A stretch of DNA of 64,000 nucleotides from Eledone cirrhosa (taxonomy: Eukaryota), in the NCBI GenBank assembly GCA_964016885.1, contig OZ024741.1:361460001-361524000 (forward strand), in the 5' to 3' direction. The translations under genes were made by a program, and so were the position numbers. Below, piece after piece: positions 1 to 14,387 of this stretch. Below the pieces are notes generated by a model. It was not told where the DNA came from and ran no database searches. It saw only the letters and a program-made list of their open reading frames with translations. Positions within the stretch are counted from its first letter, which is position 1. Each line of letters begins with the position of its first letter.

Positions 1-1532
1 TACTGGTTCTACCACTGGAGTCAATACAATCAAATGAAACAAATCCCTTCAATGACTGAATCAAGTAAAAGAATAGAAAAATTAAATGACCACCACCACA
101 TCTTACAAGTTCAACAAAAGTTTAGAAGCTGCCTACAGTAAACCATCTACACACTTCTTTTATTAACTTGTTCCAACAGTAAACACATGGACACAAACAT
201 GCATACATACAACAGGCTTGCACACAGTCCAAGGCTACAGTAGAAGACATGTGCCCAAGCTGCCTCACAGTCAGATTGAAACAACAATCACATAGTTCCA
301 AAGTGAACTTGAAATTCTTATTTTCAAAAATATTTGAAACAAATAAGCAATGTCTCTCATTAGAAATACTAGCAGAAAACCACCCTTCGGATGTTTTCTG
401 CAAGTATGTGTAGTGTGCATATTGATATTATACGCAAATATATATACATGTAGATATGGTGTCAAATAAAAATTAAATTGAGAATATGAACAGAAATTGA
501 AGAGAGACTGTCTTCTGTAATCAGTAAAGTAATCCACGATACATTTAAAAAAGACATTATATATAAACTTCATTACGGCAAAATGTTATGAAAACGAAAA
601 AGGAGAAAATTAGCGACAGAAATATAAACATTATGATGCAAATATATGAACGTTTATATAAGCAATTTGATATAGTGTACGGTTATGTGTTATGATATAA
701 TGGACGCTAACTGGTAGTGTAGACATTTGAAAATTAAAAAAAAATGAATCTTAAAATAAGCTATACAGTGCTTATATATAAAAATATTTATGTTTAATCA
801 ACAGATACAAAATTTAGTAGATAAATTATATAATATTCATTCATGATTTATTCAAAGTACTTATTGTAATAACGTGTTCAGAAAAAATATCCCTGAGTCA
901 CGCAGACCTCCAATCATTAGATAACAATGAAAGGGTTGTCTCGCAACAACTACCAGTCTATTTATGTAGGCTTTAAAAAAAGAAGTACAGCAAAGATGTT
1001 AGTGCTCTGTGTGGTTGGACAGAGTCAATAAGGGGAAGTTTTAACTTAACGTCCTTAACACGCACAAAACTGCAGTAGCAAAATGTTCTTCAAATGTCCA
1101 AAACAGTATTGTGACTACATCAGATTAAAAATTGAAGTCTAGTTTACTGCAAATGTTCACAATGATCTATCCACTAGTAAAGATACTCTAAATAATTGAA
1201 TTAACAAACCCGTTTTTAGATATTTTCTGCTAAATCATTACAGTGTTAAGTGAGAGAAGAAGGCTGCTACTGATTACTATGCTCAGAAGCAACCAATCAG
1301 CAGTCAGTTGTGGTTTCTTTCCAGTCAATGCTGCAGTAGAAGGCTGACTAATGGTAGCATGACAAGAAGTGGTGGAACATTAGAAATATTGAGGGATTTC
1401 TATTATTTTGTGCAAAGAAGAAAAAGAGATTCTCTCTTACATACACTATTATAAAAAATTATTTCAGGAAGATTAAAAAATATTCAAGTTAAATTATTTT
1501 ATTTCTGAATTTATAAACATTTGAGAAAAAAA

Positions 1533-1732
1533 NNNNNNNNNNNNNNNNNNNNNNNNNNNNNNNNNNNNNNNNNNNNNNNNNNNNNNNNNNNNNNNNNNNN
1601 NNNNNNNNNNNNNNNNNNNNNNNNNNNNNNNNNNNNNNNNNNNNNNNNNNNNNNNNNNNNNNNNNNNNNNNNNNNNNNNNNNNNNNNNNNNNNNNNNNNN
1701 NNNNNNNNNNNNNNNNNNNNNNNNNNNNNNNN
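1533..1732. other. Assembly gap (200 N)
   Basis: Run of N; ORFs spanning it are artefacts. Confidence 0.99.
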
Positions 1733-2089
1733 CTTACCAAAATATACCCCCGTCTCACTACCCCCACCCCATCCACACCACCCCTCTCGATGTAAAGTTA
1801 TGTTGGTACCACAACATCCAGTCCTAAATAAATGAGGTCGTGTAGGTGTCACAACAAAAAAAACACAGTCCACGCTGTAATGTGGCCGTGTAGGTAACAC
1901 GGTAAAAACCTCCCAGTCCACACTGTAAACGTGGTTGGTGTTAGGAAGGGCATCCGGCCGTAGAAAACTCGCCAGACAGTCCTATACGAGCAAGACAACC
2001 AATCTTGACTCAAGTGGGAAAATTCCCGTCCAAACCCATGCTAGCGTGGAAGATGGACGTTAAACGATGATGATGATGATGATGATGAT
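1733..2089 (+). mobile_element. RTE LINE 3' UTR fragment
   Basis: Near-identical to 28410-28755 (3' UTR of the long RTE); ends in (GAT)n then (AT)n. Confidence 0.92.
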
Positions 2090-4732
2090 ATATATACATC
2101 ATTTTTTTTTTAAGAAAAGCTTCCTCGGGATGGATGAAGTAATTGGTAATTTACCCCCACTTAGATAAAACAATGTTGTAGAAAAAGCTAACGAACGAGC
2201 ATCTACGTAATTGCTTGACCAGCTAGAATTATTAGCCTAATCTCCCTCATATCACACCGTACAACCTAAGAAAAACAAGCACATTCGTTTATAGTGGTTT
2301 TAGATACACCATGCCAGGAAAAGGAATAGACAGGATGGCCAAGGCTAGAATGCTTTTGATTATAAATCTGTTTGAAGAAACAACACTGCAGAAACCTATG
2401 TCAAAAGTTGTAATCAGGCTACTGAATTAATGCCATATTCCTCCTATGTACGTACACATACACATAGGTTCATACAAAGTTCCTAAACAAAATAAATCAA
2501 TATATAAATCTACATTCGAGACAAGAAAATTGATTCTGAAAAAAATCTGTCCTCACTTTCTAGCATAAGCAAATCAAACAACTGAATTAAATACTTTATC
2601 GTTCCCATCTTCACAGATCAATCTGCCCCCACTCCTCATAAACAATGGTTGAAACGCTTGCTTAAATCTATATATAAATTTGAGCGACCACAATATGTGT
2701 GTTTGTGAATGCATGTGTGTGTAAAAGGAAGGGATGGAGAAAAAACTATAGCAAAACAGTGGCTGGCGTTCCATTTGCTACCCTGTGAGTGATTGATTGT
2801 GTGTGAATGTATGTGTATTTGTGTGAATGTATATTTTTGTAAGTGTGTGTGTTTGTGCATTTATATTTATATAAATATGCAAATTCAAACATGCACACAC
2901 ATACACATAAGCATGTTGAAAAAAATCCTAGTATTAGAAGTTTTCTCGGGCCAAAGCTAAAAGGTTTCCCAAATCCAAAAGGTTAAGTTCAAGATAATAT
3001 CAACAAGCTAGTTGATAACTCCCTAAAATCAGGGCTTGAGAACCTTTTCAGTCTGAAGTGCCGTGAGAGAATGGGGGGGGGGGGGGGTAAATAAAATCTT
3101 TTTTATTTTGGATCTCTTAAGAGCCATTCTAGAGAAGGTGGAGGGGAGGGGAGGAAGAGAAAAGAGGAAAAACGAGAGGAGCGAAAAAGAACTAAAAAGG
3201 AGAGGGAGAGAAAATAAATTCAATTCGTTTTTTTAATTTCGGAGCTCTTTAGAGCCATTCGAGATGAGCTAAAGAACAGCATGTCTTCGGTGCCACAGGT
3301 ACCTGACCTGTCTTATGCCCACTTTTAAAAAGTTCACAAAAATGTAATTAGATGCTAAAAGATGATTTAAATTTTTTTTTTATTTCCGACATAGCCATAT
3401 GGCTACATATTTGTGGGGAGATATAGTCGATTATATATCGACTAGAGTGCCTGGTACTTAATTTATCGACCCAGAAGGACAGTCGATGTAATTACATGTT
3501 GATGCTCTCTCACACACACACATACAAGAGAGAGAGAGAGAGACTTTCGTTTACTTGTAACTTTCTTAACGCATATTTCTTTAAATGAAATTTTGCAGAT
3601 ATATATTTTCGAAAGTGTTGATTAAGGTTGTGTTGGTAAATTTTTCTCAATTCATATTTATAGAAATGACATTACGTTTCTATATAAATTTTATCAGATT
3701 ATCCTGATTGATATTTATTAACACAAAATTGGAAGACATGATGAAAACATTTCCAAATTTTCGTTTAGCCTACTACAAACAAAAATTCGAAAGCATTAAC
3801 AAACAATAATGGAAATATATATTTTTTTTATTATTAACATAATCGCAATCTGCAAATGGAAAAGGTATCTTTACAAAGTTGCATTTAAAAATATGCATCA
3901 TTAAGGAAGTTATGGTGAAAAAAAAAGAGTTTAACGACTATATCGACGAGTATTTTGTACTTCATCGACCCCGGAAGGGTAGAGAGAGACGCTAGCGGTA
4001 GGATTTAATCAAAGAACGTAAAGAAAAGAAGCAAAAATATATTCTCTCCGATTCTACCCATCTACAAGCCTCAGAATTAAGAGTACGTTATAAATCGTAA
4101 TAGAAAATATTGACACATTCATACCTCCTCTAGACATATTAGCGGCGCAAGACAGCTTTAATGTAGTACATATATAGCAAACAACTTCTACACAAACATT
4201 CAAATGTATGTGAAAAGAGACATTAGTAAAGTTTTTATTCTCTTCGCTTCGAGCTCGCTTGACTAATTACAAATAGCAGTCAAACCTCCGCCATCTGCGA
4301 TGCTAACATACTCCGGAAAGAGGTGAATTTTGATTTCTTTTTCTCCTCATCAGGCTCGTAATTTATATTTTTAGAAATTCGGGAGAAAAATCGAAGGAAA
4401 AAGTGTAACGAAGAGAGAGAAAACGCACGCTAATCTCTGATATAAAAAAAGGACGAGATAACCATGGCTTGAATCATCATCATAAGGCAATTCATTATTG
4501 GTCCTAAAAACGATAGCATAATTGGAGGTTTTTAATGATAAACGTTAGACTGCTAGTTCAGTAGCTGATGTGGGAGGAGATTTTTTTTATCTTTCTAGAT
4601 TATAACTTGATTCAAAGGTCCATCCTTATCACTGAGATGCATTAAGGGTACACGTGTCTATGGTGGATTTTCCGATCCAGTCCCGTTTTCGACCAACTGA
4701 ATAACCTACACATTGAGTTAAAAGTGGATACA

Positions 4733-4890
4733 GCATAGGCGATTAGTTCAGAAGTTCGCTTCACAATCACGAAGTTCTGGGTTCGATTCCACTGCGCAGC
4801 ATCTTAGGAAAGTATCTTTTTTACATAGCCTCAAGTCGATCAAAAACTTGAGTGAAACTGAGTAGACGGAAACTTTAGAAGCCAGTCGAA
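4733..4890 (+). mobile_element. tRNA-derived SINE (degraded)
   Basis: B-box-like GGGTTCGATTCC at ~4779 after an A-box-like segment, followed by a non-tRNA body. Confidence 0.6.
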
Positions 4891-5937
4891 GATGGCCTGT
4901 ACCTGCAAAGGTCCAGCCTCGTCACACACTGTAATACTCGGCCCCTTGACCGAACTGGAACACTCATCGTCGAAACCGACGGAGATCCATTTCCGTATCC
5001 GGAGTATTTAACTGTCTACACGTTAATTTCACACGTAGGAATTCAGTTGATCAAACTGTATGCTCATCGTCGAGACCAACTGAGAATTTACCAGATTTAG
5101 GTAAATCAGTGTACAATTCCTCCGATAGGCTTCCGCAGTTATTTCCAATTAAGCTCATAATGCTAGGGTTGAGCCGGTGCTTACCACAGAAAATGTTGCC
5201 ATGAGGTGAGATTGAAAAGTAAACACGGCTATGCCTAAACTATTGGTATCCTAGACTCTGTGGTGCGAAATACGAATTTCAAAACAAATAGCCGATAGTC
5301 TGATTTATTTGGGGTTTGCACATACTCTAAAATATGTGGGGAATTTTAAAAAAAGAGTTAAGTGAAGGCGCAAAGAACTTTCAACCGTGACCATCTCATC
5401 CTTTAAATCAATATCGCAAATGAAGACAACCATGTTTTAAATATATATTTCCGTCCATAGAGGTCTGGGATTTTCAAATTCTTTATTCCAAGGCTTAATT
5501 TTAATTACAAGTTAAAACAAACGTCAATAGAAATAAGGGTAAATAAATCTAAGCTTTTCGGTGTGTGTGTGGTTTTTTTGGGGGGGTGGGGGGTCTAAAA
5601 TAGGCAAAAGACTGAATTTTGACGAAGGATACATCAATGGAATTTGTACTCGGGACATGGGTGATAAATTAAAGTCATACCGAGATAAACTTTGCTATTC
5701 ATCCTTTTGGGCTCCATAAAATAAAGTACTGGACCTGCGCGGTTGATTGGCGTAATTGTTAGAGGGTCCAACGAGAGGCTTTGCGATATTTGTTCAAATC
5801 CCGCTGTGGTAGAGTTAATTCACCGCTTAAATTAACACGGACACTTTTCTTGAGTGCCTTCAGTCACGATTCAGGTTTTAGAATACCTTTCTTTCACTCA
5901 GCAGTTATGTTTGTGTAGTTTTTTCTTGAACTATATA

Positions 5938-6638
5938 CATCATCATCATCATCATTGTTTAACGTCCATCTTCCACGCTAGCATGGGTTTAGACGGGAAT
6001 TGTCCCATGTGAGACAAGATTGGTTGTCTTGCTCGTATAGGAGTCTGGCGGGTTTTCTACGGCTGGATGCCCTTCCTAACACCAACCACGTTTACAGTGT
6101 GGACTGGGATGTTTTTACCATGTTACCTTCACGGCCACATTACAGCGTGGACTGGGGGTTTTTTTTTGTCGTGACACCTACACGACCTCATTTATTTAGG
6201 ACTGGATGTTGTGGTACCAACATAACTTTACAGAGAAAGGGGTGGTGTTGATGGGGGTAGGGGTGTATTTTGGTTAAGAGGTGCCTACTGACTGTAGGTT
6301 TCGCTTTGCACTTAGGCAAGGCGGGTCTTCTGTATTACAGTGTAGCGCCGAAGATCTCGGTCCAGTGACATTGTCTTGGAGAGGTGTAAGTGTGTAAGGT
6401 CGGAATTTATCAAATCGTCCCAGGTTTTCCTGGGTCTGCCTACTCCGTAACTACCGTCAATTTTGATCACCCTGCATTTTTTTATACAGCTGTCGTCTTT
6501 CATGCGCATCACGTGGCCATACCAACGTAGTCTTCTCTCGAGTAAACAGCATCTGATCCCTCATATACCTAATTTCTCACTTAGTTCATTTATGCTTTGC
6601 TGTTCACGTATATTACTATTACACATCCAACGGAGCAT
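5938..6638 (-). mobile_element. 5'-truncated RTE LINE copy (ORF C-terminus + 3' UTR)
   Basis: ORF 6312-6512 (MRMKDDSCIKKCR...GRPRKTW) matches the C-terminus of ORF 26381-28375; (CAT)n tail at 5938; flanked by TA repeats. Confidence 0.95.
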
Positions 6639-6679
6639 ATATATATATTTAAGTATGTAATAAACAACACAATACAATT

Positions 6680-6752
6680 ATTCCATTACCCAAGGTTTCA
6701 CGAAGTCAGACGATTGTAACAGAGGCGTCCGAAGTCGTTCATCAGAAGGAAT
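6680..6752 (-). ncRNA. Type I hammerhead ribozyme motif
   Basis: Minus strand: ATTCCTT-CTGATGA-ACGA..TCGGACG(loop)CGTCTGA..TCGT-GAAACC-TTG-GGTA-ATGGAAT; core, stems I-III and GUA cleavage triplet are all visible. Confidence 0.8.
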
Positions 6753-7010
6753 CTTACATATATATATATAAATTTTCTATCTTCCTCCCATTATTTCTAT
6801 CAGTGTTCGATAAAATAAAGTACCAGTAATGCACTGGTAATTGCTGGCCTTGTGCCTAAAGTAGAAACAATTATTTCTATCAGTGTTGACAAGCAGGTTA
6901 GTGGTCAATTTGTTATCTGTCTTCGGATAATAAAAACATTATCCATCAACCTACCTATCTGCCTAAACCTCTATTCGAGAATGTTGTAATCAAGGAATTA
7001 TCAAATTAAA

Positions 7011-7056
<46 letters not shown>

Positions 7057-7080
7057 ATCCTGATGTAAATTGGAAGGCGA

Positions 7081-7143
7081 CTACAGTAAAAAAAAAAAGG
7101 TACTGATGATTTTTTTACGAATGAAACAGTTCTAGTCCTGTAG
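7081..7143 (+). ncRNA. Degenerate hammerhead-like motif between (TA)n tracts
   Basis: CTACAG..CTGATGA..GAAAC..GTC-CTGTAG; stem II is weak and a poly-A stretch interrupts stem I. Confidence 0.4.
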
Positions 7144-7148
7144 AAATC

Positions 7149-7204
<56 letters not shown>

Positions 7205-7237
7205 CGCCATTCATTTAGCGATTCTGCAACGTCTAAC

Positions 7238-7392
7238 AATAGTTTCTACGATAGCCACAAGGCCAACAATTTTGCAGGGAGAATGTCGATTAAATCGATC
7301 CCAGCACATTACTGGTGTTCTATTTTATCGACCCTGTAAAGAAGAAAGACAAAGTATTTTGTCCGACGCTCTAACGATTCTACCAATTTACC
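7238..7392 (-). mobile_element. Abundant SINE family fragment
   Basis: Motif gtttctac..ggccaacaatttt..gtcgattaaatcgac(c)ccag..actggt..tttatcgaccc recurs at ~3410, 3950, 6803, 7600, 13205, 19820, 28815, 38565, 43310, 45283. Confidence 0.75.
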
Positions 7393-8039
7393 ACAATCTC
7401 AAACGAAGTGTATCTGTTTTTCGAAAGACTAAAACAAAAAATTAGTCGTATCAGTATGGAACGGCAGGTGTAAAAACGATGATTGTGGTGGTGATGATTT
7501 CTACCTCGGGCGCAATGGGAAGAATATAAGCGATTTATTCGATTCCAGAGACAAAACTAGATACAGTAAGCCCTTTGTCCGCCCATTCTAACACCACTCT
7601 AGCTAATTAGACACAGGGTCAGAAATTTGGAGAGAGGGGAAATTCAATTATACCAACCCTAGTACTTGACTGGCACTTTATTTTATGGACTTCGGAATGA
7701 TAAAAGGCCAAGTTGACTTTGGTGGCATTTGAACTCAATATAAAGACCCTAACAAATAACGTAAATGACGTTCTACGAAGATACACGAGCAAGTAGATTT
7801 ATAAAAATACTGGTAAAAATACTCAAAATGACAAGTTATGACTGAATGTGAAAAGCTGTTTTTATTGATATGTGTATTAGATAACTTACTGTACCTACCA
7901 CATAATATAGAACTGGTACATAACCCATAGTTTTATGAAGTAATATTCGGTTTCTTCACCAACAATGCTGTTTATAGATGATATATATATTAAAGAGAAA
8001 AATTTCTCATTTGCTATCGAAATTGTTTAAGCTTAATCG

Positions 8040-10800
8040 TAGGGCATAGTCCTATCAATATAGATATAGAGACGGTGGGGGGAGATAGGTAAAACTGTTG
8101 ACAGAACATTTCCACTCCTGGCCTTATAGTTGTTCCGTGGATTCTAAATGAACATTTTAGAACGTTTTTAACGGAGAGTAGCGTTGACAGACCAACAAAA
8201 ATCCACTACAATTGTTATACATGTTTTCTATAAGTCAGTATTTTTTAATGGTGACGGGCGCCTTAATAAACTACCATTCTACACTCTCTCTAATTGGTGC
8301 TGCCTAAAAAATGTAGTTCTGAAGAAGGGTTAGTTTTTGTTTCGTAGAGTTGGAGGTCAGCAAAAAGGAAGATTTTAAATGAAGAAGTATAGAGAAGCAT
8401 AAACCAACATAGTAATAAGCAGGCGAGATATAGAGAGGACACAGCTCCACAATAGGCCCATGTTGAGGACTGACTATTATTAGTCAGTCAGTCGATGTTG
8501 CGCTCTCCAGCTATAACTATGAAACAATTAATGTCGAAGCTAATCTTTTCACGTACCTCACTGGGTCATCAGGCTGCTGCTTAACACTAATTTGTGTACC
8601 GGTAAACAGATGAGAGTCAAATATACTCCTGGATAGCAAGCTAGCCTATATCAGCTTATGTTCTCCTGAAAGCCTATCTTAAACTAGTCTGTGTTATGTT
8701 CCTTAACTTAAATGCCTGCAGAAGGGATAGGAACTCATTACGTTTGTAATAGGATGTAGTTGTGCTATGTGTGCCCAGGGTTGAAACATTTTCACATCTT
8801 GAATAGCAAACCCTGCGTTTGCCTTACATACTTGGTTATGTGAAAAGTATGGAATCGCCACGGGAGATTAATTAGATCTGGTAGCAAAATAATGGTTTCT
8901 CGGGATATGTAGTGTGTTTTTGGTGTTAAAGACAAATGTAGTGTCTGTTTTGGTAAGTGTAATATACAACTTTGATCTCAAACTTGTATAAATGACTATC
9001 GATCCTATATGATGCTGAATAACTCAGAAAGTGGTTCAATCGCCTAAAATATACACAAACCATGGGGGGGGGGGGCTTCTATATGGTATAAACTTATTTT
9101 AGAAAATAGCAAAACACTACAGAACACAAATACACATAAACTTGCATGTTTTTATGTATAGGTTGGTTTTTCAAAAGGTAGATGAGTACTTCGCTGTGAA
9201 ACATTAATGTTCGAAGTCCAAAAAGTATGGAAGGATGTTCGCGCTTCTATTTGCACGCTGGATGAAATGACACGTATAGCAAAGATTGCAAAACTAATTC
9301 TAAAAACCCATCTCCATCACTAAATAAAGGAAGAAAGCTATATAAATGTAAAGAAACTAATTCAAGATCGTTAGGAAGTTGGAGACGATAAAATAGTTCG
9401 ATAATTATTCGATTCAACATTGCTATAGGACGAATGCGTACATTTGTCAAATTACATGCTATTTAAATTTGTTTTGTAGAGAGATCAATTATATACAAAA
9501 ATATATCTTTTAAAAGCAAAATATACAATAACATAAGAGACAATTTCCTTTAAGGTTAAGATAAACATACATATTAGTTTACATATATATTTGTAGTGTA
9601 AATTACTTTCCAAACCGGAAAAGTAAACAGTTGCTGAGGGAGATCTGGATGTTTTGTGTTTTCCTTTCTTTTGAATAAACCTGGAATTTTTTTTATAGAA
9701 GACTAAGCGAACAGAGTGGTTTAGAGAAAGATGGGAGTTTGGGGGGAATTGTAGTTGAATAGAAGTATTTTAAAGGGTTGGACAAAATTGTGAGAAACAT
9801 GGATTTTTTCCCAAAATTTGCTTAAAAACTAACTCCCAAATAGTTTATTTGCTTGAATTATAGGTCAGTGTTCATCTTGAAGTAGGGAGCACCGACTGAG
9901 TGGTCGAGGGGTTAAACAGACATTCAATGTGAAATACGTTAATGGGATGAAGAAGGGTTGGGAGGGTAGCAGGTCAAATTCTGTTGAATAAATCAACGGC
10001 ACAAGCTGAATAGACAAGTAAAAAGCATCAAATGAGGGTTTTTTTTTTTAATTTCCCTCTCTGAAAGGATAAATATTCATGAAACTATAAGTAGGGAGAG
10101 AAATAGAAAGGAGAAAAGTTGATAAAGTTAAGGTGAAGATGCTACGTGTTGACGATTTTGTTTTAAATGGATAGTTGGTAAAGGATAGATTTGGTATGGG
10201 GTAAGAGAAATGTTTGGATGGGAAGAGGAAAATAATGAGTTACGAAGAGATGTTGAGAACTAGAACTGAGTTTTATTGGGGCATGACTGAGGAATTAGAC
10301 AGGGCTAGGTAAGTAGAGGTGTGAACATGGGCTTCCCCGTAACAAATCCTTCGCACAGCAAGGTGGCATGGAAAGGGCCGGTTAAGCCCTTCTATTCACT
10401 CTTAAACATCAATAGGAAAAAAAACGAAACAAAGAGGCTTACCTGATATACAGGAATCGGGAATTCTAGCTTGGTATTCCTCTCCAACTCTCATTCCACT
10501 CTCTAGAAGATGAAAAAAAGGGGGAGCAAACTAGTAGGTAAACATTATTGAAATGGATAGTCCATGGCTCTTAACAAATGGAGAGTAGTGAAAATGGAAA
10601 ATAATGATGAAGAAAAACCCTTAAAGTGAACTAACTCACCATGATCAGAATCATCAGCAGCACTGCTATCATCAGATATTTGTCCATTAGGACTCCCACA
10701 ACGAGAGCGTCGACCGTTCCGTATATCGTCTGAGCTTTTATCGGCCAAAACCATCTTTTTGTAACTTGGGGTTTCGAAATTATATTTACAAACACTAGAA
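8040..10800 (-). pseudogene. Possible highly decayed non-LTR retrotransposon (L1/Tx1-like?)
   Basis: Unique, coding-like composition; minus-strand remnants resemble APE 'RID..SDH' motifs near 9890-9990; short ORF at 10545-10754. No intact domain. Confidence 0.25.
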
Positions 10801-13204
10801 AAACTTTTCCCCCCTGAATAAATAAATATTTCCCCTCACTTCGTTAAAATCGAACTCTGTTTAAAAAGTCACGCTTGTTGTCCACCTCAAACAATTCGCC
10901 TGAATCTCGGCTTGTTGACAACTCAGTTAAATCATGTCAGTGCGCTTACTAAACTACGTCCACATAAACTTGCTGCTTTTGCACGATTCAGAAAGCAATA
11001 ATTAATAAAACTTTTCAAATCAATTATTTTTCTAAAGAGGTTTCATTTTTATTTTTCTAAATAGGTAACTAGAACAGAAAAGATTCATTAAATTATACGG
11101 CAAAATTTGCGGACTGATATACAAAATACAGTACTATTTTTGCAAATACGGTCAGCGGAAGCCGGGATAACTAGTACTTAAATTGTGGCACACTGGTACA
11201 TGAGTTCTCCAACTGTTATTTTTGTTCTAAAGCAAAGAAAATTTGTAACCAAAGTTTATTTTCTGTAGAAATCTCATTATATAACTTTTGTGGGGTGCAG
11301 GAGTAACATAAAATTAATTTTACTTGAAAAATTCACATATCAGCAATTTCAAGTAATCCGTACAATTTATAATTTTTTTTTCGTTTTCCTTTGTTTATTA
11401 GGATTTTCTTAACTTTCAAATTTACATAGTCTGGAACCCATAACATCCCCATTGTTCCTTATTTGTTTGCAGAAATATAAATATAACAGTCAAATCGTCA
11501 GAAATTGGCATATAGCAACAAAAACATAAAAGTAAGAAATGATGTCTGAATTGTAGGACGTTTGGGCTACCGTATATTTATTTTTCATTACTATTTGGAT
11601 TAGAATATTCTAACAAAAAGCGTTAAAATTTTTAATTTTTATTTTGAATTTGAACTTCAGATCTAATGACTTATAATTAAAGCAGTATTGTGTAAAACCT
11701 GCAAAAATATATTACAACTGATTCCAACAATTAGCAAGATATGTAACAACAATTGTCAGTTGGGCACATGGTCTTTGTAGTCAGTTTGGGGTAAGTCTTG
11801 AAGACCATTTATCGTGGAGGAAATGGTATTTTACCCCTCCCTTTTTAAAAATCCAAATTATTCCTTACCATAGATATACGATTCTGTGACTGTATTTCGG
11901 GTTTTACTAAAGATTTGGTGCTCTTATAGACAGTCCATTGTATCACACAAGCTCTGGTTACGAAGATACAGAAGCTTGGATGTCACAGACGAAGCCAAGT
12001 CAACGAGTTGCAGTTATTGGTAGATACCGTATTTATACATAACCATTGGTTTTCGGGATCTAAGCAATTATATGCTAATGCTTCACAATGTTCGACAGTC
12101 TAATTTCCATTTATTGTCCAGAAGATTGCTTGTTGCTCTTGGTGGGTAACTTGCAAGCGTTCTGGTTTGAAGAGCAATATTTTAATGAAAAGATTGGGGT
12201 AATTTAATCATTTTAAAATTATAAATTGGCTATGATTTTTCAAAACCCCCTAGAAGACATTATGTGTAGGTACTGACTTGTCTGGCCAATTACCGTTTTA
12301 AAGATTTATTTTGAATGCTATCCCGTCGATTATAACCTTTTAGATACATCTGAAATAATCTACTTGCTCAGCTAATACAAACGCTTATTATTATTATTAT
12401 TATTAGAAAAAATAATTATTATTATTATTCGGAAGATATATTCATACGTTGAAATATTTTACTTAGATGCTGTGCTGAATTAGTAGTGGCAACAGTAAAA
12501 TATAGACATCGTTTATTTGACGGTCGACCAATGCCGACAATATAATAGCAAACATTTTACGTACAACGTTTAATACAATGACTGTTTCGTTTTTGTTATT
12601 CTTAAATAACAATAAACTATGGGCGCCATTAAAATACGCTCAAGAGGAACAGAGTCTACAAGTTTGTTTCCATTCCCTGGTGTTGCTATTTCACTTCATA
12701 TCGAGTAGCAAATGACCTCATTAATAATGCCCAGTCTCACTTGTCTTCCCCGATAAATCTTGAATCTTGTGCATGTATAAAGAAATCAATAATTAGACAG
12801 CAATAAGATGTTTCATATGAAAACCTTTCACACTGCTGTTATGCTTTTGTTGGTTGGATCTCCGTCAGTACCGACGAAGAGTGTTCCATTTATTCGAACA
12901 ACAGAACGGCCTGCTCTGAAATTAACGTGCAAATGGCTGAGAACTTCTCAGATACATATATCCTTAACCTGGTTCTCAGGGAGATTCAGCTTCACATTGC
13001 TGGTGCAACTCACTTTTTTGCAGCTGAGTGTTGGACTGGAGCGATCTGAAATAAATATATATGTGTGTGTGTGTGTGTGTATATATACAGGTTGTTAGAA
13101 AAATGTATACACACTTAAACAATATTCTCATAAATATTGCCTGTACAGGTAATCAAAGTGTGTATACATTTTGGGGGTACACCGTATACATATAATATAT
13201 ATAA

Positions 13205-13325
13205 TAGTTTCTACATGTGGCAGAAAGCCAGCAATTTGAAGGGAAGGGGAAAAGTCGATTAAATCGACCCCAGTGAGTGATTAGTACTTTATTTATCGAC
13301 CCCGTAAGGATGAAAGGCAAAGCAT
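13205..13325 (-). mobile_element. SINE fragment (same family as 7238-7392)
   Basis: gtcgattaaatcgaccccag..tttatcgaccccgtaaggatgaaaggcaaag. Confidence 0.8.
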
Positions 13326-13529
13326 TAAAAAAAACACATGGAAAAAATATAGGAAACAAGAGAAGAGGAGACAATCACATGATCTTGGGATCATTATAGT
13401 TTTGGATGCTTTATAATACAAATATATATATATATATCAAATGAAGCATCGGAGTTAAAAACTCACGTTTATCCCTGTAATTTAATGAGCTCAAAGGGAT
13501 ATATATATATGGAACCTCGTTCTTCCCCC

Positions 13530-13930
13530 AACTCTCACATTCACATACAGACACACATGTACACCTACACCCATATACAAACACCACCTTCAGCCCTCCC
13601 CGCTCGGACCCCCCCCCCCCCTCCACTCACCACCACCCTACACGCCTCACACCCTTTCACCCCTTGTTTATTTTTGTTTTTATCTTTATTTTTATTTGTA
13701 CTTTTTTTTAAATTTCCTTTACTCTTTGTAAATTGTTCCTCCCCCTTTTTTATGTCTTTCCACCACTCCCCACACACCCTCGGAACTCTCTTCCTACCCA
13801 CTGTTCTCCTGATGAAGGGCTTATGCCCGAAATATCGTCCTCCACCTCCCACTTTCAAGCATGAAACTAAAAACCATACCATTTGTACTGCCTCTCTGTT
13901 TTTTGTTCTCTGTTCATTTTTTCAACTATA
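13530..13930 (+). mobile_element. Penelope-like pseudo-LTR remnant with hammerhead core
   Basis: CTGATGA-A-GGGC-TTAT-GCCC-GAAA at 13809-13832 (perfect stem II); stem I not evident; ends in (TA)n. Confidence 0.55.
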
Positions 13931-13937
13931 TATATAT

Positions 13938-14387
13938 ATCATCATCATCATCATCTTTGTCCACTTTCCACGCTAGCATGGGTTAGACGGGAGTTGTCTC
14001 ACTTGAGGCAAGGTTGGTCGGGTGACCAGCCGTAGAAAACCTGCCAGATAGTCATCTGGCAGGTTTTCTACAGCTGGATGCCCTTCCTAACACCAACCAC
14101 ATTTACAGTGTGGAACTGGAAACTTTTTACTGTGTTACCTACACAACCACATTACAGCGTGGACTGTGTGTTTTTTTCTCGTGACACCTACACAATCTCG
14201 ATCTCATCTCATTTATTTGGACTGGATGTTGTGGTACCAACTTTATAGAGAGAGGGTGGTGTTGGTGGGAGTGGGAGGATAGGGTAGGGGTAGTGGATTG
14301 GGGTGTATATTTGGTTAAGAGGTGCCTACTGACTGTAGGTTTCGCTTTGTACATAGGCAAGGCGGGTCTTCTGTATTACTGCGTAGC

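Noticed and set aside
1489-1921. ORFs containing X runs
   Set aside because: Artefacts of the N gap.
3110-3280. Twice-repeated CTCTT(A/T)AGAGCCATTC resembling a histone 3' stem-loop
   Set aside because: Loop length is wrong and there is no upstream histone CDS; may be a regulatory motif but this is unsupported.
4733-4800. tRNA gene
   Set aside because: No acceptor stem or cloverleaf; it is a SINE head.
8530-8580. Minus-strand CTGATGA..GAAA
   Set aside because: Stems are too short to distinguish from chance; the same applies to motifs at 18153, 18288 and 36380.
12600-13050. Ser/Thr phosphatase (PPP) pseudogene
   Set aside because: Only a vague resemblance; the GDxHG, GDYVDRG and GNHE motifs are absent.
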